A DNA stretch of 64,000 bases from an uncultured Pelagibacteraceae bacterium (GTDB taxonomy: Bacteria; Pseudomonadota; Alphaproteobacteria; Pelagibacterales; Pelagibacteraceae), in the NCBI GenBank assembly GCA_902623075.1, contig CACNSD010000005.1, positions 17,093 through 81,092 on the forward strand, in the 5' to 3' direction. The position numbers were made by a program, and so were the translations under genes. Shown here piece by piece: positions 27,477 to 39,534 of the stretch (positions are counted from its first letter, which is position 1; each line of letters begins with the position of its first letter). The notes beneath the pieces are model-generated. The model ran no database searches. It was given only the letters and a program-made list of their open reading frames with translations, and was not told the DNA's origin.

Positions 27477-27992
27477 ATGAATCAAAAAATAGAACAAGTT
27501 CCTAATGAGTTTAAACAGCTTGCTGATGATTTTAGTAAGAATGGTTTTATAACTACATCTCTTGACAATCTCATTAATTGGTCAAGATCAGGATCACTGC
27601 ATTGGATGACTTTTGGTCTTGCTTGCTGTGCAGTCGAAATGATGCAAACCTCTATGCCAAGATATGATCTTGAGAGATTTGGTGCCGCTCCTAGAGCATC
27701 CCCAAGACAATCTGATGTAATGATTGTAGCTGGAACTTTGACTAATAAAATGGCTCCTGCACTTAGAAAAGTTTATGATCAAATGCCAGAACCTAGATAT
27801 GTTATTTCGATGGGAAGTTGCGCTAATGGTGGTGGATATTATCATTACTCTTATTCAGTAGTTAGAGGTTGTGATCGAATTGTACCCGTAGATGTTTATG
27901 TGCCAGGATGTCCTCCATCAGCAGAAGCATTATTATATGGAATATTACAATTACAAAAAAAAATTAGAGATAAAGGCTCATTTATAAGGTAA
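27477..27992 (+). CDS. nuoB: NADH-quinone oxidoreductase subunit B
   Basis: [17 protein letters not shown] and PGCPP (N2 cluster ligands). Confidence 0.97.
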   Translation: MNQKIEQVPNEFKQLADDFSKNGFITTSLDNLINWSRSGSLHWMTFGLACCAVEMMQTSMPRYDLERFGAAPRASPRQSDVMIVAGTLTNKMAPALRKVYDQMPEPRYVISMGSCANGGGYYHYSYSVVRGCDRIVPVDVYVPGCPPSAEALLYGILQLQKKIRDKGSFIR

Positions 27993-27994
27993 TC

Positions 27995-28600
27995 ATGAAA
28001 ACTTTAGAAGATTTAGAAAAAAAAATTAATTCAGAACTAACTACTAAAATAAACAAAACTCAAATTAAACATAACCAAATTTACCTTGAGACTGACAAAG
28101 ATGATTTAATAGATGTTTGTTTGTTCTTAAAAACAAATAATAATACGAAATTTAAACAACTAATTGACATTACAGTGGTCGACTATCCTGAAAGGAGTCA
28201 AAGATTTGAGGTAGTTTATTTATTTTTAAGTCATGAATTCAATCAAAGAATAGTTTTAAAATATTCAATTTCAGAGAATGAAGTTATCCCGTCTATTACA
28301 AGCATATTCCCCTCAGCAAACTGGATGGAAAGAGAGGTGTTTGATATGTATGGTGTTTCATTTAAAGATCATCCAGACCTTAGACGAATATTAACAGATT
28401 ATGGATTTGAAGGTCATCCTTTAAGAAAAGATTTTCCACTTACAGGTCATAATGAAGTTAGATATAGCGAAGATGAAAAAAAGGTTATTAATGAACCAGT
28501 TAAATTAGAGCAAAATTTCAGAAATTTTGATTACGAAAGCCCTTGGGAGGGAACTAAATATATAAAAGATGAAATAGAGAGTAATGACAAAAAAAATTAA
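27995..28600 (+). CDS. nuoC: NADH-quinone oxidoreductase subunit C
   Basis: [26 protein letters not shown] and [10 protein letters not shown]. Confidence 0.95.
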   Translation: MKTLEDLEKKINSELTTKINKTQIKHNQIYLETDKDDLIDVCLFLKTNNNTKFKQLIDITVVDYPERSQRFEVVYLFLSHEFNQRIVLKYSISENEVIPSITSIFPSANWMEREVFDMYGVSFKDHPDLRRILTDYGFEGHPLRKDFPLTGHNEVRYSEDEKKVINEPVKLEQNFRNFDYESPWEGTKYIKDEIESNDKKN

Positions 28601-29759
28601 AAATTTAAATTTAAACTTTGGTCCACAACATCCTGCTGCCCATGGAGTTCTAAGATTAATTTTAGAATTAGATGGAGAAATTGTTGAAAAAGCTGACCCA
28701 CATATTGGTTTATTACATAGGGGAACAGAGAAATTAATTGAAAATAAAACTTATATGCAAGCTGTACCTTACTTTGATCGATTAGATTATGTTGCTCCTA
28801 TGAATCAGGAACATGCATTTGCTTTAGCTATTGAGAAAATTCTTAAGTTAGAAGTTCCTATCAGGGCTCAGTATATTAGAGTTATATTCTGTGAAATTGG
28901 AAGAATTTTAAGTCATATTTTAAATGTTACTACCCAAGCAATGGATGTAGGAGCTTTAACACCAACTTTATGGGGATTTGAAGAAAGAGAGAAACTAATG
29001 GGTTTTTACGAGAGAGTTTCAGGGTCTAGACTTCATGCAAATTATTTTAGGGCTGGTGGTGTTCACCAAGATCTGCCTCAAGGACTTGAGGAGGATATTA
29101 GTGAGTTCTGTGAAAACTTTCCAAACATAATTAATGATTTAGAAAGTCTACTTACAGATAATAGAATATTTAAGCAACGTAATGTTGATATAGGAGTTGT
29201 AACCAAACAAGATGCTTTAGATTACTCATTTTCAGGAGTGATGATAAGAGGATCAGGAGTTCCATGGGATTTAAGAAAATCACAACCTTATGATTGTTAT
29301 AAAAATTTAGATTTTAAAATTCCAGTTGGAAAAAATGGAGATTGTTACGACAGGTATCTTTGTAGAATTGAAGAGATGAAAGAGAGTGTTTCTATAATTA
29401 AACAATGCTTATCAAAAATGGAGAAAGGACCAATTAAATCTTTAGATGGTAAAATTAGTCCACCACCTAAAAAAGAGATTAAACAATCAATGGAAGCACT
29501 TATTCATCATTTTAAACTTTTTACTGAAGGCTATAGAGTCCCAAAAGATGAAATATATACTGCCGTTGAAGCTCCAAAAGGTGAGTTTGGTGTTTACTTA
29601 ATATCTGATGGATCAAGTAAACCCTATAAATGCAAAATAAGAGCACCAGGATTTTCGCATTTACAATCGATGGATTACCTTATTAAAGGTCATATGCTAG
29701 CAGATGTGCCCGCTGTGCTTGGTTCATTAGATATAGTGTTTGGAGAGGTTGATAGATGA
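28584..29759 (+). CDS. nuoD: NADH-quinone oxidoreductase subunit D
   Basis: [15 protein letters not shown] and [12 protein letters not shown]. 17-nt overlap with nuoC. Confidence 0.97.
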   Translation: MTKKIKNLNLNFGPQHPAAHGVLRLILELDGEIVEKADPHIGLLHRGTEKLIENKTYMQAVPYFDRLDYVAPMNQEHAFALAIEKILKLEVPIRAQYIRVIFCEIGRILSHILNVTTQAMDVGALTPTLWGFEEREKLMGFYERVSGSRLHANYFRAGGVHQDLPQGLEEDISEFCENFPNIINDLESLLTDNRIFKQRNVDIGVVTKQDALDYSFSGVMIRGSGVPWDLRKSQPYDCYKNLDFKIPVGKNGDCYDRYLCRIEEMKESVSIIKQCLSKMEKGPIKSLDGKISPPPKKEIKQSMEALIHHFKLFTEGYRVPKDEIYTAVEAPKGEFGVYLISDGSSKPYKCKIRAPGFSHLQSMDYLIKGHMLADVPAVLGSLDIVFGEVDR

Positions 29760-30364
29760 GTTTAAGAAGACCAGCAAAAATTCAACCAGAAAATTTTGAA
29801 TTTAATAGTTCATCTTTAGAAGCTGCAAATAAAATTGTATCGAATTACCCTGAAGGAAAACAACAAAGTGCAGTTATGGCGTTACTTTATATAGCCCAGA
29901 AACAAAATGATAACTGGATACCATTAGAAGCTATGAAATATATAGCAAAATTTTTGAACATGCCATACATAAAAGTTTATGAGGTAGCAACTTTTTATAC
30001 TATGTACAATTTATCCCCAGTAGGAAAACATTTTATACAAGTATGCACAACAACTCCTTGCATGATAAGAGGAGCTAGTAAATTAGTTGAAGCATGTAAA
30101 GAAAAAATATCTAAAAATGAATGTGAATTATCAAGTGACAAAAGTTGTTCATGGATGGAAGTTGAGTGTTTAGGAGCATGTGTTAATGCGCCTATGATGC
30201 AAATTAATGACGAGTATTATGAAGATTTAGATAAAGAAAAAACAATTAAAATTTTGGATCAAATTTTAAGAGGTGAAACACCAAAACCAGGTTCATATAG
30301 AGGAAGGATAAATAATGAACCAGAAAATAACAGAAAAACATTGATGGATTTTAAAAATGCTTAA
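29756..30364 (+). CDS. nuoE: NADH-quinone oxidoreductase subunit E
   Basis: 2Fe-2S ligand pattern [11 protein letters not shown] ... [10 protein letters not shown]. Confidence 0.95.
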   Translation: MSLRRPAKIQPENFEFNSSSLEAANKIVSNYPEGKQQSAVMALLYIAQKQNDNWIPLEAMKYIAKFLNMPYIKVYEVATFYTMYNLSPVGKHFIQVCTTTPCMIRGASKLVEACKEKISKNECELSSDKSCSWMEVECLGACVNAPMMQINDEYYEDLDKEKTIKILDQILRGETPKPGSYRGRINNEPENNRKTLMDFKNA

Positions 30365-31688
30365 AGATCAAGATAGAATATTTAAAAATTTATATAACGA
30401 TAAGGGTTCAGATGTAAGCTCTTCACAGAAGCGAGGTGATTGGGTAAATACTAAAGAGATAATAGATAAAGGAAGAGATTGGATTATAAATGAGATTAAA
30501 GAATCTCAACTTAGAGGGAGAGGTGGTGCTGGATTTCCCACAGGTTTAAAATGGTCATTTGCTCCTAAAGAAGTAGGTTCAAGACCACATTATTTAGTAA
30601 TAAATGGTGACGAATCAGAACCAGGTACTTGTAAAGATAGAGATATTTTAAGATTTGAGCCACACAAATTAATTGAAGGTTGTTTGATAGCATCATATGC
30701 AGTTCAAGCCCATGTATGCTACATCTATATTAGAGGTGAATACTTTGTTGACGGTCAAAAACTTCAAGCAGCTATAGATGAAGCATATGAAAAAAAATTA
30801 ATTGGTAAAAATGCAGCAGAAACTGGATGGGACTTAGATATTTATATTCATTACGGTGCTGGGGCATATATTTGTGGAGAAGAAACAGCTTTATTAGAAA
30901 GTATAGAGGGTAAAAAAGGTCAACCAAGATTAAAACCTCCATTCCCTGCTTTAATTGGACTGTATGGATGTCCAACTATAATAAATAATGTAGAAACTAT
31001 TGCTGTAGTACCTACAATTCTCAGAAAAGGTGGTAAATGGTTTGCTTCTCTTGGAAGAGAAAAGAACACGGGTACAAAAATATTTTGTATATCTGGAAAT
31101 GTAAATACTCCGTGTAATGTTGAAGAAGAAATGAACATCCCTTTAAAAGAATTAATTGAAGTTCATGCAGGTGGTGTTGTTGGAGGTTGGGACAATCTTC
31201 AAGCTGTTATACCGGGTGGTTCGTCAATGCCATTAATTCCTAAAGAAAAATGCGAGTCACTAACAATGGATTTTGATTCACTTACGGCTGAGAAAAGTGG
31301 GTTAGGAACCGCAGGTATTGTTGTGATTAATAAAGATCAAGACATTATTAAGTGTATGGCAAGAATTGCAAGATTTTATAAACACGAAAGTTGTGGTCAA
31401 TGTACTCCTTGTAGAGAGGGATCTGGTTGGATGTGGAGAATGCTTGAGAGAATGGCTAAAGGGGATGCAACAAAAGATGAGGTGGATATGTTAGGAGATG
31501 TAACCAATCAAATAGCAGGTCATACAATTTGTGCATTTGGAGAGGGTTCTTCTTGGCCAGTTCAGGGTCTTTTAAGACATTTTAAAAAAGAAATAATAGA
31601 AAGAAATAATTTAGATCCCATTGTACAGAAAAAAAATAATATTCCTTATTTAGTTGATCAACATTTATTGGATAAAAAAAATGCTTAA
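30357..31688 (+). CDS. nuoF: NADH-quinone oxidoreductase subunit F
   Basis: [13 protein letters not shown] (FMN/NADH site) and [12 protein letters not shown] (N3 cluster). Confidence 0.97.
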   Translation: MLKDQDRIFKNLYNDKGSDVSSSQKRGDWVNTKEIIDKGRDWIINEIKESQLRGRGGAGFPTGLKWSFAPKEVGSRPHYLVINGDESEPGTCKDRDILRFEPHKLIEGCLIASYAVQAHVCYIYIRGEYFVDGQKLQAAIDEAYEKKLIGKNAAETGWDLDIYIHYGAGAYICGEETALLESIEGKKGQPRLKPPFPALIGLYGCPTIINNVETIAVVPTILRKGGKWFASLGREKNTGTKIFCISGNVNTPCNVEEEMNIPLKELIEVHAGGVVGGWDNLQAVIPGGSSMPLIPKEKCESLTMDFDSLTAEKSGLGTAGIVVINKDQDIIKCMARIARFYKHESCGQCTPCREGSGWMWRMLERMAKGDATKDEVDMLGDVTNQIAGHTICAFGEGSSWPVQGLLRHFKKEIIERNNLDPIVQKKNNIPYLVDQHLLDKKNA

Positions 31689-33711
31689 ACTAAAAGTAAA
31701 TGATATCGATGTCGAAGTTGATGAGGGATTAACCGTTCTTCAAGCATGTGAAAAAGCTGGTGTAGAAATTCCAAGATTTTGTTATCATGAAAAATTATCC
31801 ATAGCTGGAAATTGCAGAATGTGTTTAGTTGAGATGGAAAAATCTCCAAAACCTATTGCTTCATGCGCAATGCCAGCCGCTGAAGGAATGAATATAAAAA
31901 CAAATACAGAGTTTGTTGAAAAGGCAAGAAAGGGTGTAATGGAGTTTCTTTTAGCCAACCATCCTCTTGACTGTCCAGTGTGCGATCAAGGAGGTGAATG
32001 TGATTTGCAAGATCAATCTATGTATTATGGAGTAGATAAATCAAGATTTAAAGAAAATAAAAGATTAGTTCCAGAGAAAAATATGGGACCGTTGATAAAA
32101 ACACAGATGACAAGATGTATTCATTGCACAAGATGTGTAAGATTTGCTACTGAAGTAGCTGGTGTACCGGAGCTAGGAGCTATTGGAAGAGGAGAAGATA
32201 TGCAAATTACAACATATCTCGAGCAATCCATGCAATCTGAGTTATCTGCAAACGTTGTAGATCTATGTCCAGTAGGAGCTTTAACCTCCAAACCTTATGT
32301 TTTTGAAGCAAGACCATGGGAATTAAAAAAAACAGAAACTATTGACGTGATGGATGCAGTTGGGTCTAACATAAGGGTAGATACATACGATTGGGAAGTA
32401 AAAAGAGTTTTACCAATCATAAATGAAGATATCAACGAAGAATGGATTTCAGATAAAACAAGATACGCTTGTGATGGTTTACTGCATCAAAGGTTAGACA
32501 CACCTTTTATTAAATATAACAAAAAATTTGAAAAAGCATCATGGGCAGAAGTATATAAAATTATCAAGTCTAAATTAGAGAATACTTCAAAAGATAAAAT
32601 TTGTGGATTTGTTGGAGATCTAACTAATATGGAAACAAGCTATATATTTAAAGAATTTTTTGACAGAACTCTTGATATAAAAAATTACGAGTCAAGATCA
32701 GATAATAGATTTATAAATACCTCAAAAAGAGAAAATTATATATTTAACTCTTCCATAAACGGAATTGAGGAGGCAGATTTAATATTTTTAATAGGTGCAA
32801 ATCCAAGATATGAAGCAACCATCCTAAATGCAAGAATCAGAAAATCTTATTTGACCAATAATACTAAAATTTATTCTTTAAATGAAAGTGGTGATTTAAC
32901 TTATCCTTACGAAAGTTTTGATGGACAAACTTTAACCTTAAAAAATATTTTTGATGGAGCACATGACTTGTCAAAGAATATTTTAAATTCAAAAAAACCA
33001 ATGATTATATTAGGAGAGTCTTTTTTAAGATTAAATAACGCAGAATATTTGTATAGTAAAATTAAAGATTTCTTAAGAAAGAATGATAAATTTTTAGAAG
33101 ATTGGAATCCTTTAAATATTTTATCTTGCGATGCATCATCAGTAGGAAACTTTGATCTTGGTTTAATTAATAAAGAAACTGATTTATTAAAAGATTTAAA
33201 ATCAAATAAATTTGAGATTATTTATTTAGTAGGTCAAGATAATATCAATTTTAATAAAACAGATGAGTTTGTAATTTATCAGGGTAGCCATGGCGACAAC
33301 GGTGCCGAAATCGCTGATATTATACTTCCTGGAGCAGCTTATACAGAACAAGACGCTCACTATACAAATTTAGAAGGTAAAGTTCAAAAAGCATACAAGG
33401 CTTCATATCCACCAGGAGAAGCAAAGGAGGATTGGCAAATAATAAATGAGATAGCTGAGTATATGAATAACAGAAAGTTATTCAACGACAAGGAAGAATT
33501 AGAAAGTACTATGTTCAATTATTTAAATCTTCAAAAAGAAAAACAAAATAAAGATTATAAAAATGAATTTAGTGGAGAATTTAAAAATGAAAAATTAAAA
33601 ATAGATATTAAACCATATTATTTTTCAAATATTGTAGCCAGATGCTCAAAAACTATGATTGAATGTAATAATTCAAAACTAAATTTAAAATCTACAGGTA
33701 CAGAGGGTTAG
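31681..33711 (+). CDS. nuoG: NADH-quinone oxidoreductase subunit G
   Basis: [13 protein letters not shown]..., [36 protein letters not shown] and [11 protein letters not shown] prefer the ATG at 31681 (8-nt overlap with nuoF) over the track TTG at 31654. Confidence 0.95.
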   Translation: MLKLKVNDIDVEVDEGLTVLQACEKAGVEIPRFCYHEKLSIAGNCRMCLVEMEKSPKPIASCAMPAAEGMNIKTNTEFVEKARKGVMEFLLANHPLDCPVCDQGGECDLQDQSMYYGVDKSRFKENKRLVPEKNMGPLIKTQMTRCIHCTRCVRFATEVAGVPELGAIGRGEDMQITTYLEQSMQSELSANVVDLCPVGALTSKPYVFEARPWELKKTETIDVMDAVGSNIRVDTYDWEVKRVLPIINEDINEEWISDKTRYACDGLLHQRLDTPFIKYNKKFEKASWAEVYKIIKSKLENTSKDKICGFVGDLTNMETSYIFKEFFDRTLDIKNYESRSDNRFINTSKRENYIFNSSINGIEEADLIFLIGANPRYEATILNARIRKSYLTNNTKIYSLNESGDLTYPYESFDGQTLTLKNIFDGAHDLSKNILNSKKPMIILGESFLRLNNAEYLYSKIKDFLRKNDKFLEDWNPLNILSCDASSVGNFDLGLINKETDLLKDLKSNKFEIIYLVGQDNINFNKTDEFVIYQGSHGDNGAEIADIILPGAAYTEQDAHYTNLEGKVQKAYKASYPPGEAKEDWQIINEIAEYMNNRKLFNDKEELESTMFNYLNLQKEKQNKDYKNEFSGEFKNEKLKIDIKPYYFSNIVARCSKTMIECNNSKLNLKSTGTEG

Positions 33712-33712
33712 T

Positions 33713-34711
33713 ATGGATTTTTTAAGTATTATTTTTGAACAAATCTATAAAATATTATTTTTGTTAGTTCCAGTTTTAGTTTCTGTTGCGATGATTGTTT
33801 GGCTAGATAGGAGAGTTTGGGCTTTTGTGCAAAAACGACAAGGACCAAATGTTGTTGGACCCTTTGGGTTGTTACAATCTCTAGCCGATGCTTTAAAATA
33901 TATCTTTAAGGAAATGATTATTCCTTCAAGTTCAAATAAAGTGATATTTATATTAGCCCCAATAGTAACAATGACATTAGCTCTAATAGCTTGGGCTGTA
34001 ATTCCATTTGGGGCTACTCAAGTCCTAGCAGATATAAATGTTGGAATTCTCTACCTGTTTGCAGTTTCATCCCTAGGGGTATACGGAATTATAATGGGTG
34101 GTTGGGCTTCAAATTCCAAATATCCATTTCTGGGTGCAATTCGGTCTGCGGCTCAAATGGTATCTTATGAGGTATCAATAGGAGTAATTATTATAAATGT
34201 ACTGCTTTGTGTTGGCTCTCTAAATTTAAATGACATTGTTATAGCTCAGCAAAATCTTTGGTTTGTAATCCCGTTATTTCCAATGTTTGTGATTTTTTTT
34301 ATTTCAGCTTTGGCTGAGACAAACAGACCTCCTTTTGATTTACCTGAAGCAGAGGCGGAATTAGTTGCTGGTTATCAAACCGAATATTCTGGCATGATGT
34401 ACGCAATGTTCTGGTTGGGTGAGTATGCAAATATTTTATTAATGTGTGCAATGGGAGCAGTACTATTTTTAGGTGGCTGGTTATCACCTTTAGAAATTTA
34501 TCCATTCACATTAATCCCAGGAGCAATGTGGTTGATTTTAAAAATCTTAATTTTATTTTTCTTATTTGCTTTAGTTAAAGCTATTGTACCTAGGTATAGA
34601 TATGATCAACTCATGAGACTGGGCTGGAAAGTATTCCTTCCTTTTTCTTTAATATGGGTAGTGCTGACAGCAAGTTTTCTATTTTATTTCAATCTTTTAC
34701 CAGTGAATTAA
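33713..34711 (+). CDS. nuoH: NADH-quinone oxidoreductase subunit H
   Basis: [23 protein letters not shown], and [21 protein letters not shown]. Confidence 0.97.
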   Translation: MDFLSIIFEQIYKILFLLVPVLVSVAMIVWLDRRVWAFVQKRQGPNVVGPFGLLQSLADALKYIFKEMIIPSSSNKVIFILAPIVTMTLALIAWAVIPFGATQVLADINVGILYLFAVSSLGVYGIIMGGWASNSKYPFLGAIRSAAQMVSYEVSIGVIIINVLLCVGSLNLNDIVIAQQNLWFVIPLFPMFVIFFISALAETNRPPFDLPEAEAELVAGYQTEYSGMMYAMFWLGEYANILLMCAMGAVLFLGGWLSPLEIYPFTLIPGAMWLILKILILFFLFALVKAIVPRYRYDQLMRLGWKVFLPFSLIWVVLTASFLFYFNLLPVN

Positions 34712-34713
34712 TT

Positions 34714-35199
34714 ATGAATATTTCAAGATTATTTAAAACTATATTTATGACTGATTTTATTGGAGGGCTATATATGGCTTTAAAAGAATTTTTTAAACCA
34801 AAAAAAACAATAAATTACCCATTTGAAAAAGGAAAAATTAGTCCAAGATTTAGAGGAGAACATGCTTTGAGAAGATACCCAAATGGAGAAGAAAGATGTA
34901 TAGCATGCAAATTATGTGAAGCTGTTTGTCCTGCACAAGCGATAACAATAGAGTCTGCCCAGAGAGAAGACGGTAGTAGAAAAACAACTCGTTACGATAT
35001 AGATATGATGAAATGTATTTATTGCGGTCTGTGTGAAGAGTCTTGCCCAGTTGATGCAATAGTTCAAGGACCCAATTTTGAATTCTCAACAGAAACTAGA
35101 GAAGAGCTTTATTACACAAAAGAAAAATTATTAGATAATGGAGATCGTTGGGAGAATATTTTAGACGCAAATATTAAAGCGGATAATATTCATAGATAA
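34714..35199 (+). CDS. nuoI: NADH-quinone oxidoreductase subunit I
   Basis: Two 4Fe-4S motifs, [12 protein letters not shown] and [13 protein letters not shown] prefer the start at ATG 34714 (MNISRLFK) over the track start at 34654, which lies inside nuoH. Confidence 0.95.
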   Translation: MNISRLFKTIFMTDFIGGLYMALKEFFKPKKTINYPFEKGKISPRFRGEHALRRYPNGEERCIACKLCEAVCPAQAITIESAQREDGSRKTTRYDIDMMKCIYCGLCEESCPVDAIVQGPNFEFSTETREELYYTKEKLLDNGDRWENILDANIKADNIHR

Positions 35200-35202
35200 T
35201 TC

Positions 35203-35835
35203 ATGATTGCACATTCAATTTTCTTTTATACGTTTTCTTTAATTGCGATTATCTCTGCTATAATGGTAACAGCTTCAAAAAATACAGTGCACTCAGTATT
35301 TTTTTTAATTCTTGATTTTATAAGTATTTCTTGCTTGTTCATCATGATAGGAGCGGAATTTTTGGGAATGATTATGTTGATTGTATACGTGGGAGCAGTA
35401 GCAGTTTTATTTTTATTTGTAGTTATGATGTTGAATGTTGCTCAGCAAAAAAATCAATGGTTTGCTGCAAAAAATAGTTCTAAACATATCCCAGTTGGTT
35501 TAATTATAAGCACTCTTATTTTTGTTGAAATAATAATTGTAATTGGTGGATGGAAATACAAACCAGAGATTTTTGATATAAATAATTCATTTACTCAATC
35601 AAGCGTAAGCAACACTCATTCTCTAGGTCAAATTTTGTACACTGATTATATTCATGTATTTCAAATAAGTGGAATGATACTATTAGTTGCCATGATAGGG
35701 GCTATTGTATTAACTTTTAGACAAAGAGCTGGTGTTAAAAGACAAAGCTATATCAAGCAAATATCCCGTGAAAGGGCAGAGGGTGTAGAGGTATTAGAAG
35801 TTGAGACTAACAAAGGAGTTAGAATAGATGACTGA
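35203..35835 (+). CDS. nuoJ: NADH-quinone oxidoreductase subunit J
   Basis: 210 aa, 5 [19 protein letters not shown] motif, and its position in the operon. Confidence 0.9.
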   Translation: MIAHSIFFYTFSLIAIISAIMVTASKNTVHSVFFLILDFISISCLFIMIGAEFLGMIMLIVYVGAVAVLFLFVVMMLNVAQQKNQWFAAKNSSKHIPVGLIISTLIFVEIIIVIGGWKYKPEIFDINNSFTQSSVSNTHSLGQILYTDYIHVFQISGMILLVAMIGAIVLTFRQRAGVKRQSYIKQISRERAEGVEVLEVETNKGVRIDD

Positions 35836-36139
35836 GATTGGTCTAGGGCATTACTTAACTCTTGGCGCTGTAATTTTTTCAATTGGTGTAATTGGTATTT
35901 TTCTTAATAGAAAAAATATAATCGTAATATTAATGAGTATTGAATTGATATTACTAGCTGTAAATATTAATTTAGTTTCTTTTTCGATATTTTTAGGTGA
36001 TTTAGCTGGTCAGGTTTTCACTTTATTTATCCTAACAGTTGCAGCTGCAGAAGCAGCAATTGGGTTGGCTATTATTGTAGTATATTTTAGAAATTCTGGA
36101 ACTATTAGAGTTGAAGAAATAGACAAGTTGAAAGGTTAA
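35828..36139 (+). CDS. nuoK: NADH-quinone oxidoreductase subunit K
   Basis: 103 aa, 3 [17 protein letters not shown] and [13 protein letters not shown]. Confidence 0.95.
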   Translation: MTEIGLGHYLTLGAVIFSIGVIGIFLNRKNIIVILMSIELILLAVNINLVSFSIFLGDLAGQVFTLFILTVAAAEAAIGLAIIVVYFRNSGTIRVEEIDKLKG

Positions 36140-36141
36140 TA

Positions 36142-38052
36142 ATGGAACTTTCAATTATATTTCTTCCACTTATTGCTTCAATTATCTCAGGTTTTTTTGG
36201 AAGATATATAGGTGATAGAAACTCTGAAATAGTAACAAGTGCTCTTGTTTCAATTTCTGCACTCTTATCAGTTCATGTTCTTTATCAAGTAATTGTTAAT
36301 CAATACGAAGAAAATATTGTTATAGCAACTTGGATAAACTCTGGTTCACTTAATGTAAATTGGTCGATGTTAATTGATCCATTATCAGCCGTTATGTTGG
36401 TTGTTGTAACTTCTGTATCTTCTCTTGTGCATATCTACTCAATTGGTTACATGTCACATGATCCTCATAAGCCAAGATTTATGGCTTACTTGTCATTGTT
36501 CACTTTTGCTATGTTGATGCTCGTAACATCAGATAATTTTATTCAACTATTTTTTGGGTGGGAAGGTGTTGGTCTTTGCTCATATTTCTTAATTGGTTTT
36601 TGGTTTAAAAAAGAAAGTGCGAATGCTGCAGCTATTAAAGCTTTTGTAGTAAACAGAGTAGGTGATTTTGGTTTTGCATTAGGAATTTTCTTAATATTTT
36701 ATTTATTTGGAACAGTTAATTATTCAGAAGTGTTTCAACAAATTCCAACAATTGTTGATAAAAATTTATCATTTTTAGGTTTTGAAGTTAAAGCAATAGA
36801 TTTAATTTGTATACTTTTATTTATTGGAGCAATGGGTAAATCTGCACAGATATTACTTCATACATGGCTACCTGATGCTATGGAAGGTCCAACCCCAGTT
36901 TCAGCTTTAATTCATGCAGCAACAATGGTTACTGCTGGAGTATTCTTGGTAGTAAGATGTTCTCCAATCTATGAATATTCACCTTTAATACTAAATTTTA
37001 TTACTATAGTTGGAATGACTACTGCGTTCTTTGCAGCAACAGTGGCCTTAGTTCAAACTGATATAAAAAAAATAATTGCTTATTCTACATGTAGCCAACT
37101 TGGCTATATGTTTTTCGCAGCTGGAGTAGGTGCATATAATGTTGCTATGTTTCACTTATTTACTCACGCATTTTTTAAAGCTCTTTTATTTTTGGGATCT
37201 GGTTCAGTAATCCATGCATTTAAAGATGAACAAAATATAAATAATATGGGTGGAGTATGGAAAAAGCTACCATACACTTACGCTTTAATGATTATAGGCA
37301 CTCTTGCTTTAACAGGTTTTCCATTTTTATCAGGATTTTATTCTAAAGATGCAATCATAGAATTTGCCTATTTAAAAGGTAATACAACAGGATATTACGC
37401 TGCTGGGGTTGGAATAATTACAGCATTTTTAACATCAATTTATTCTTGGAGATTGATATTTAAAACTTTCCATGGAGAGTATAATAATAAAAATATCAAG
37501 ATAGAGGAAACACACGAGTCTCCCTTAGTGATGCTTCTTCCTTTATTTATTCTTTCAATAGGAGCGGTGTTTGCTGGTTTTTTATTTAAAGGACTATTTA
37601 TTGGGCATGGTGATAATTTTTTCTGGGCAGATTCTATTAAGTTTTTAAACCCTTTAAGCACTGAACATCCTCCTTTATGGTTTTTACTTTTAACGCCTTG
37701 TTTAGTTTTATTGTCTATCCCAATTGCTTATTACTTGTTTGTAAGAAATAAAGATTTACCTAACGACATCGCATTAATGAATAAACCTTTATATAATTTT
37801 TTACTGAATAAGTGGTATTTCGACGAGTTGTATGAGGTATTATTTATAAAATCGTCAAAAAAAATTGGTTTATTTTTATGGAAATTTTGTGATGGAACTA
37901 TAATTGATGGTTTTGGTCCTGATGGAATTTCTTCTTTTATTAAAAAATGTTCAATAAAAGCTACAAAATTTCAAAGTGGTTTTATATATCAATATGCTTT
38001 TATAATGTTGTTAGGTTTCTCCGCTTTTTTAACCTTTTTAATAGTTAAGTAA
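36142..38052 (+). CDS. nuoL: NADH-quinone oxidoreductase subunit L
   Basis: 636 aa antiporter-like subunit. FFGWEGVGLCSYFLIGFW and WLPDAMEGPTPVSALIHAATMV. Confidence 0.95.
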   Translation: MELSIIFLPLIASIISGFFGRYIGDRNSEIVTSALVSISALLSVHVLYQVIVNQYEENIVIATWINSGSLNVNWSMLIDPLSAVMLVVVTSVSSLVHIYSIGYMSHDPHKPRFMAYLSLFTFAMLMLVTSDNFIQLFFGWEGVGLCSYFLIGFWFKKESANAAAIKAFVVNRVGDFGFALGIFLIFYLFGTVNYSEVFQQIPTIVDKNLSFLGFEVKAIDLICILLFIGAMGKSAQILLHTWLPDAMEGPTPVSALIHAATMVTAGVFLVVRCSPIYEYSPLILNFITIVGMTTAFFAATVALVQTDIKKIIAYSTCSQLGYMFFAAGVGAYNVAMFHLFTHAFFKALLFLGSGSVIHAFKDEQNINNMGGVWKKLPYTYALMIIGTLALTGFPFLSGFYSKDAIIEFAYLKGNTTGYYAAGVGIITAFLTSIYSWRLIFKTFHGEYNNKNIKIEETHESPLVMLLPLFILSIGAVFAGFLFKGLFIGHGDNFFWADSIKFLNPLSTEHPPLWFLLLTPCLVLLSIPIAYYLFVRNKDLPNDIALMNKPLYNFLLNKWYFDELYEVLFIKSSKKIGLFLWKFCDGTIIDGFGPDGISSFIKKCSIKATKFQSGFIYQYAFIMLLGFSAFLTFLIVK

Positions 38053-39533
38053 TGAATTTTCCTATTCTTTCATCTTTAATATTATTACCAATTGTTGGTG
38101 CTTTATTTTTATTTTTTACCAAAGATAAAAATGGTAATATTTTAACTGCTAAATATGTAGCTTTATTTACAACAATCGTTAATTTTTTAATTTCAATTTA
38201 CTTATGGATTTCTTTTGACCAATCTACGTCTAGTTTTCAATTTATAGAAGATAGAACATGGATTGAAGGATTAATTAATTATAAAGTTGGCATAGATGGA
38301 ATTTCAATTTTGTTTATCATACTAACAACTTTTATTACCCCACTATGTATAATATCTGTAAATAACTCTGTAAAAAATAGATTAAGAGATTTTTTGATTG
38401 CAATACTGATTATGGAAAGTTTTATGATTGGTGTTTTTTGTGCGTTAGATTTAGTTGTATTCTATTTATTTTTTGAAGCAGGATTGATTCCAATGTTTTT
38501 AATTATTGGAATTTGGGGAGGTGCAAGAAGAGTTTATTCTGCATTTAAATTTTTTTTATACACACTATTAGGTTCTGTTTTAATGCTAGTAGCAATAATT
38601 TCAATTTATTGGATAACTGGTACTACAGATGTAGTTAAGCTTTATGAAATTGGTATTGACGTTAAATATCAAAATCTTTTATGGCTGGCATTTTTTAGTT
38701 CATTTGCCGTTAAAACACCTATGTGGCCTGTTCATACATGGTTACCGGATGCGCACGTTGAGGCTCCTACAGCAGGATCTGTATTATTAGCAGCAATATT
38801 ATTGAAGATGGCTGGATATGGATTTATAAGATTTTCATTAGGACTGTTCCCTGTAGCATCAGAAACATTTACCCCTCTAATTTATGTTTTGAGTGTAATT
38901 GCAATTATATTCACGTCACTAATAGCTTTAATGCAAGAGGATATGAAAAAACTTATAGCATATTCATCAGTTGCTCACATGGGGTTTGTAACATTAGGTA
39001 TCTTCACTCTACAACAGCAAGGGATTGAAGGTAGTATAATTCAAATGATAAGTCATGGATTGGTTTCAGCAGCTTTGTTTTTAACAGTTGGAGTAGTATA
39101 TGACAGGATGCATTCTAGATTGATAAGTACTTATGGGGGTTTAGTCTCTGTAATTCCAAAATATTCAATATTATTTATGATATTTGCATTGGCATCCTTA
39201 GGTTTACCAGGGACAAGTGGTTTTATAGGAGAGTTTTTAATTTTAATGGGTGCATTCAAAGATAACTTCCTAGTTGCTGTGGTTGCCAGTCTTGGAGTAA
39301 TTTTAGGTGCTGCATACATGTTATGGCTATATAAGAGAGTAGTTTTTGGTAAACTAATAAATGAAGATCTAAAAAAGATTGTAGATTTAAATAGATCTGA
39401 ATATTTTATTTTAAGTTGTTTGGCAGCTCCAATTTTATTTTATGGGTTTTATCCAGATCCATTAATTAACACCATAGAGGTTTCTGTAACAGATTTAATT
39501 GATATGCATAAAACAAACTTAGCTAGTAAATAA
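38052..39533 (+). CDS. nuoM: NADH-quinone oxidoreductase subunit M
   Basis: 493 aa. HTWLPDAHVEAPTAGSVLLA and AYSSVAHMGF. Confidence 0.95.
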   Translation: MNFPILSSLILLPIVGALFLFFTKDKNGNILTAKYVALFTTIVNFLISIYLWISFDQSTSSFQFIEDRTWIEGLINYKVGIDGISILFIILTTFITPLCIISVNNSVKNRLRDFLIAILIMESFMIGVFCALDLVVFYLFFEAGLIPMFLIIGIWGGARRVYSAFKFFLYTLLGSVLMLVAIISIYWITGTTDVVKLYEIGIDVKYQNLLWLAFFSSFAVKTPMWPVHTWLPDAHVEAPTAGSVLLAAILLKMAGYGFIRFSLGLFPVASETFTPLIYVLSVIAIIFTSLIALMQEDMKKLIAYSSVAHMGFVTLGIFTLQQQGIEGSIIQMISHGLVSAALFLTVGVVYDRMHSRLISTYGGLVSVIPKYSILFMIFALASLGLPGTSGFIGEFLILMGAFKDNFLVAVVASLGVILGAAYMLWLYKRVVFGKLINEDLKKIVDLNRSEYFILSCLAAPILFYGFYPDPLINTIEVSVTDLIDMHKTNLASK

Positions 39534-39534
39534 T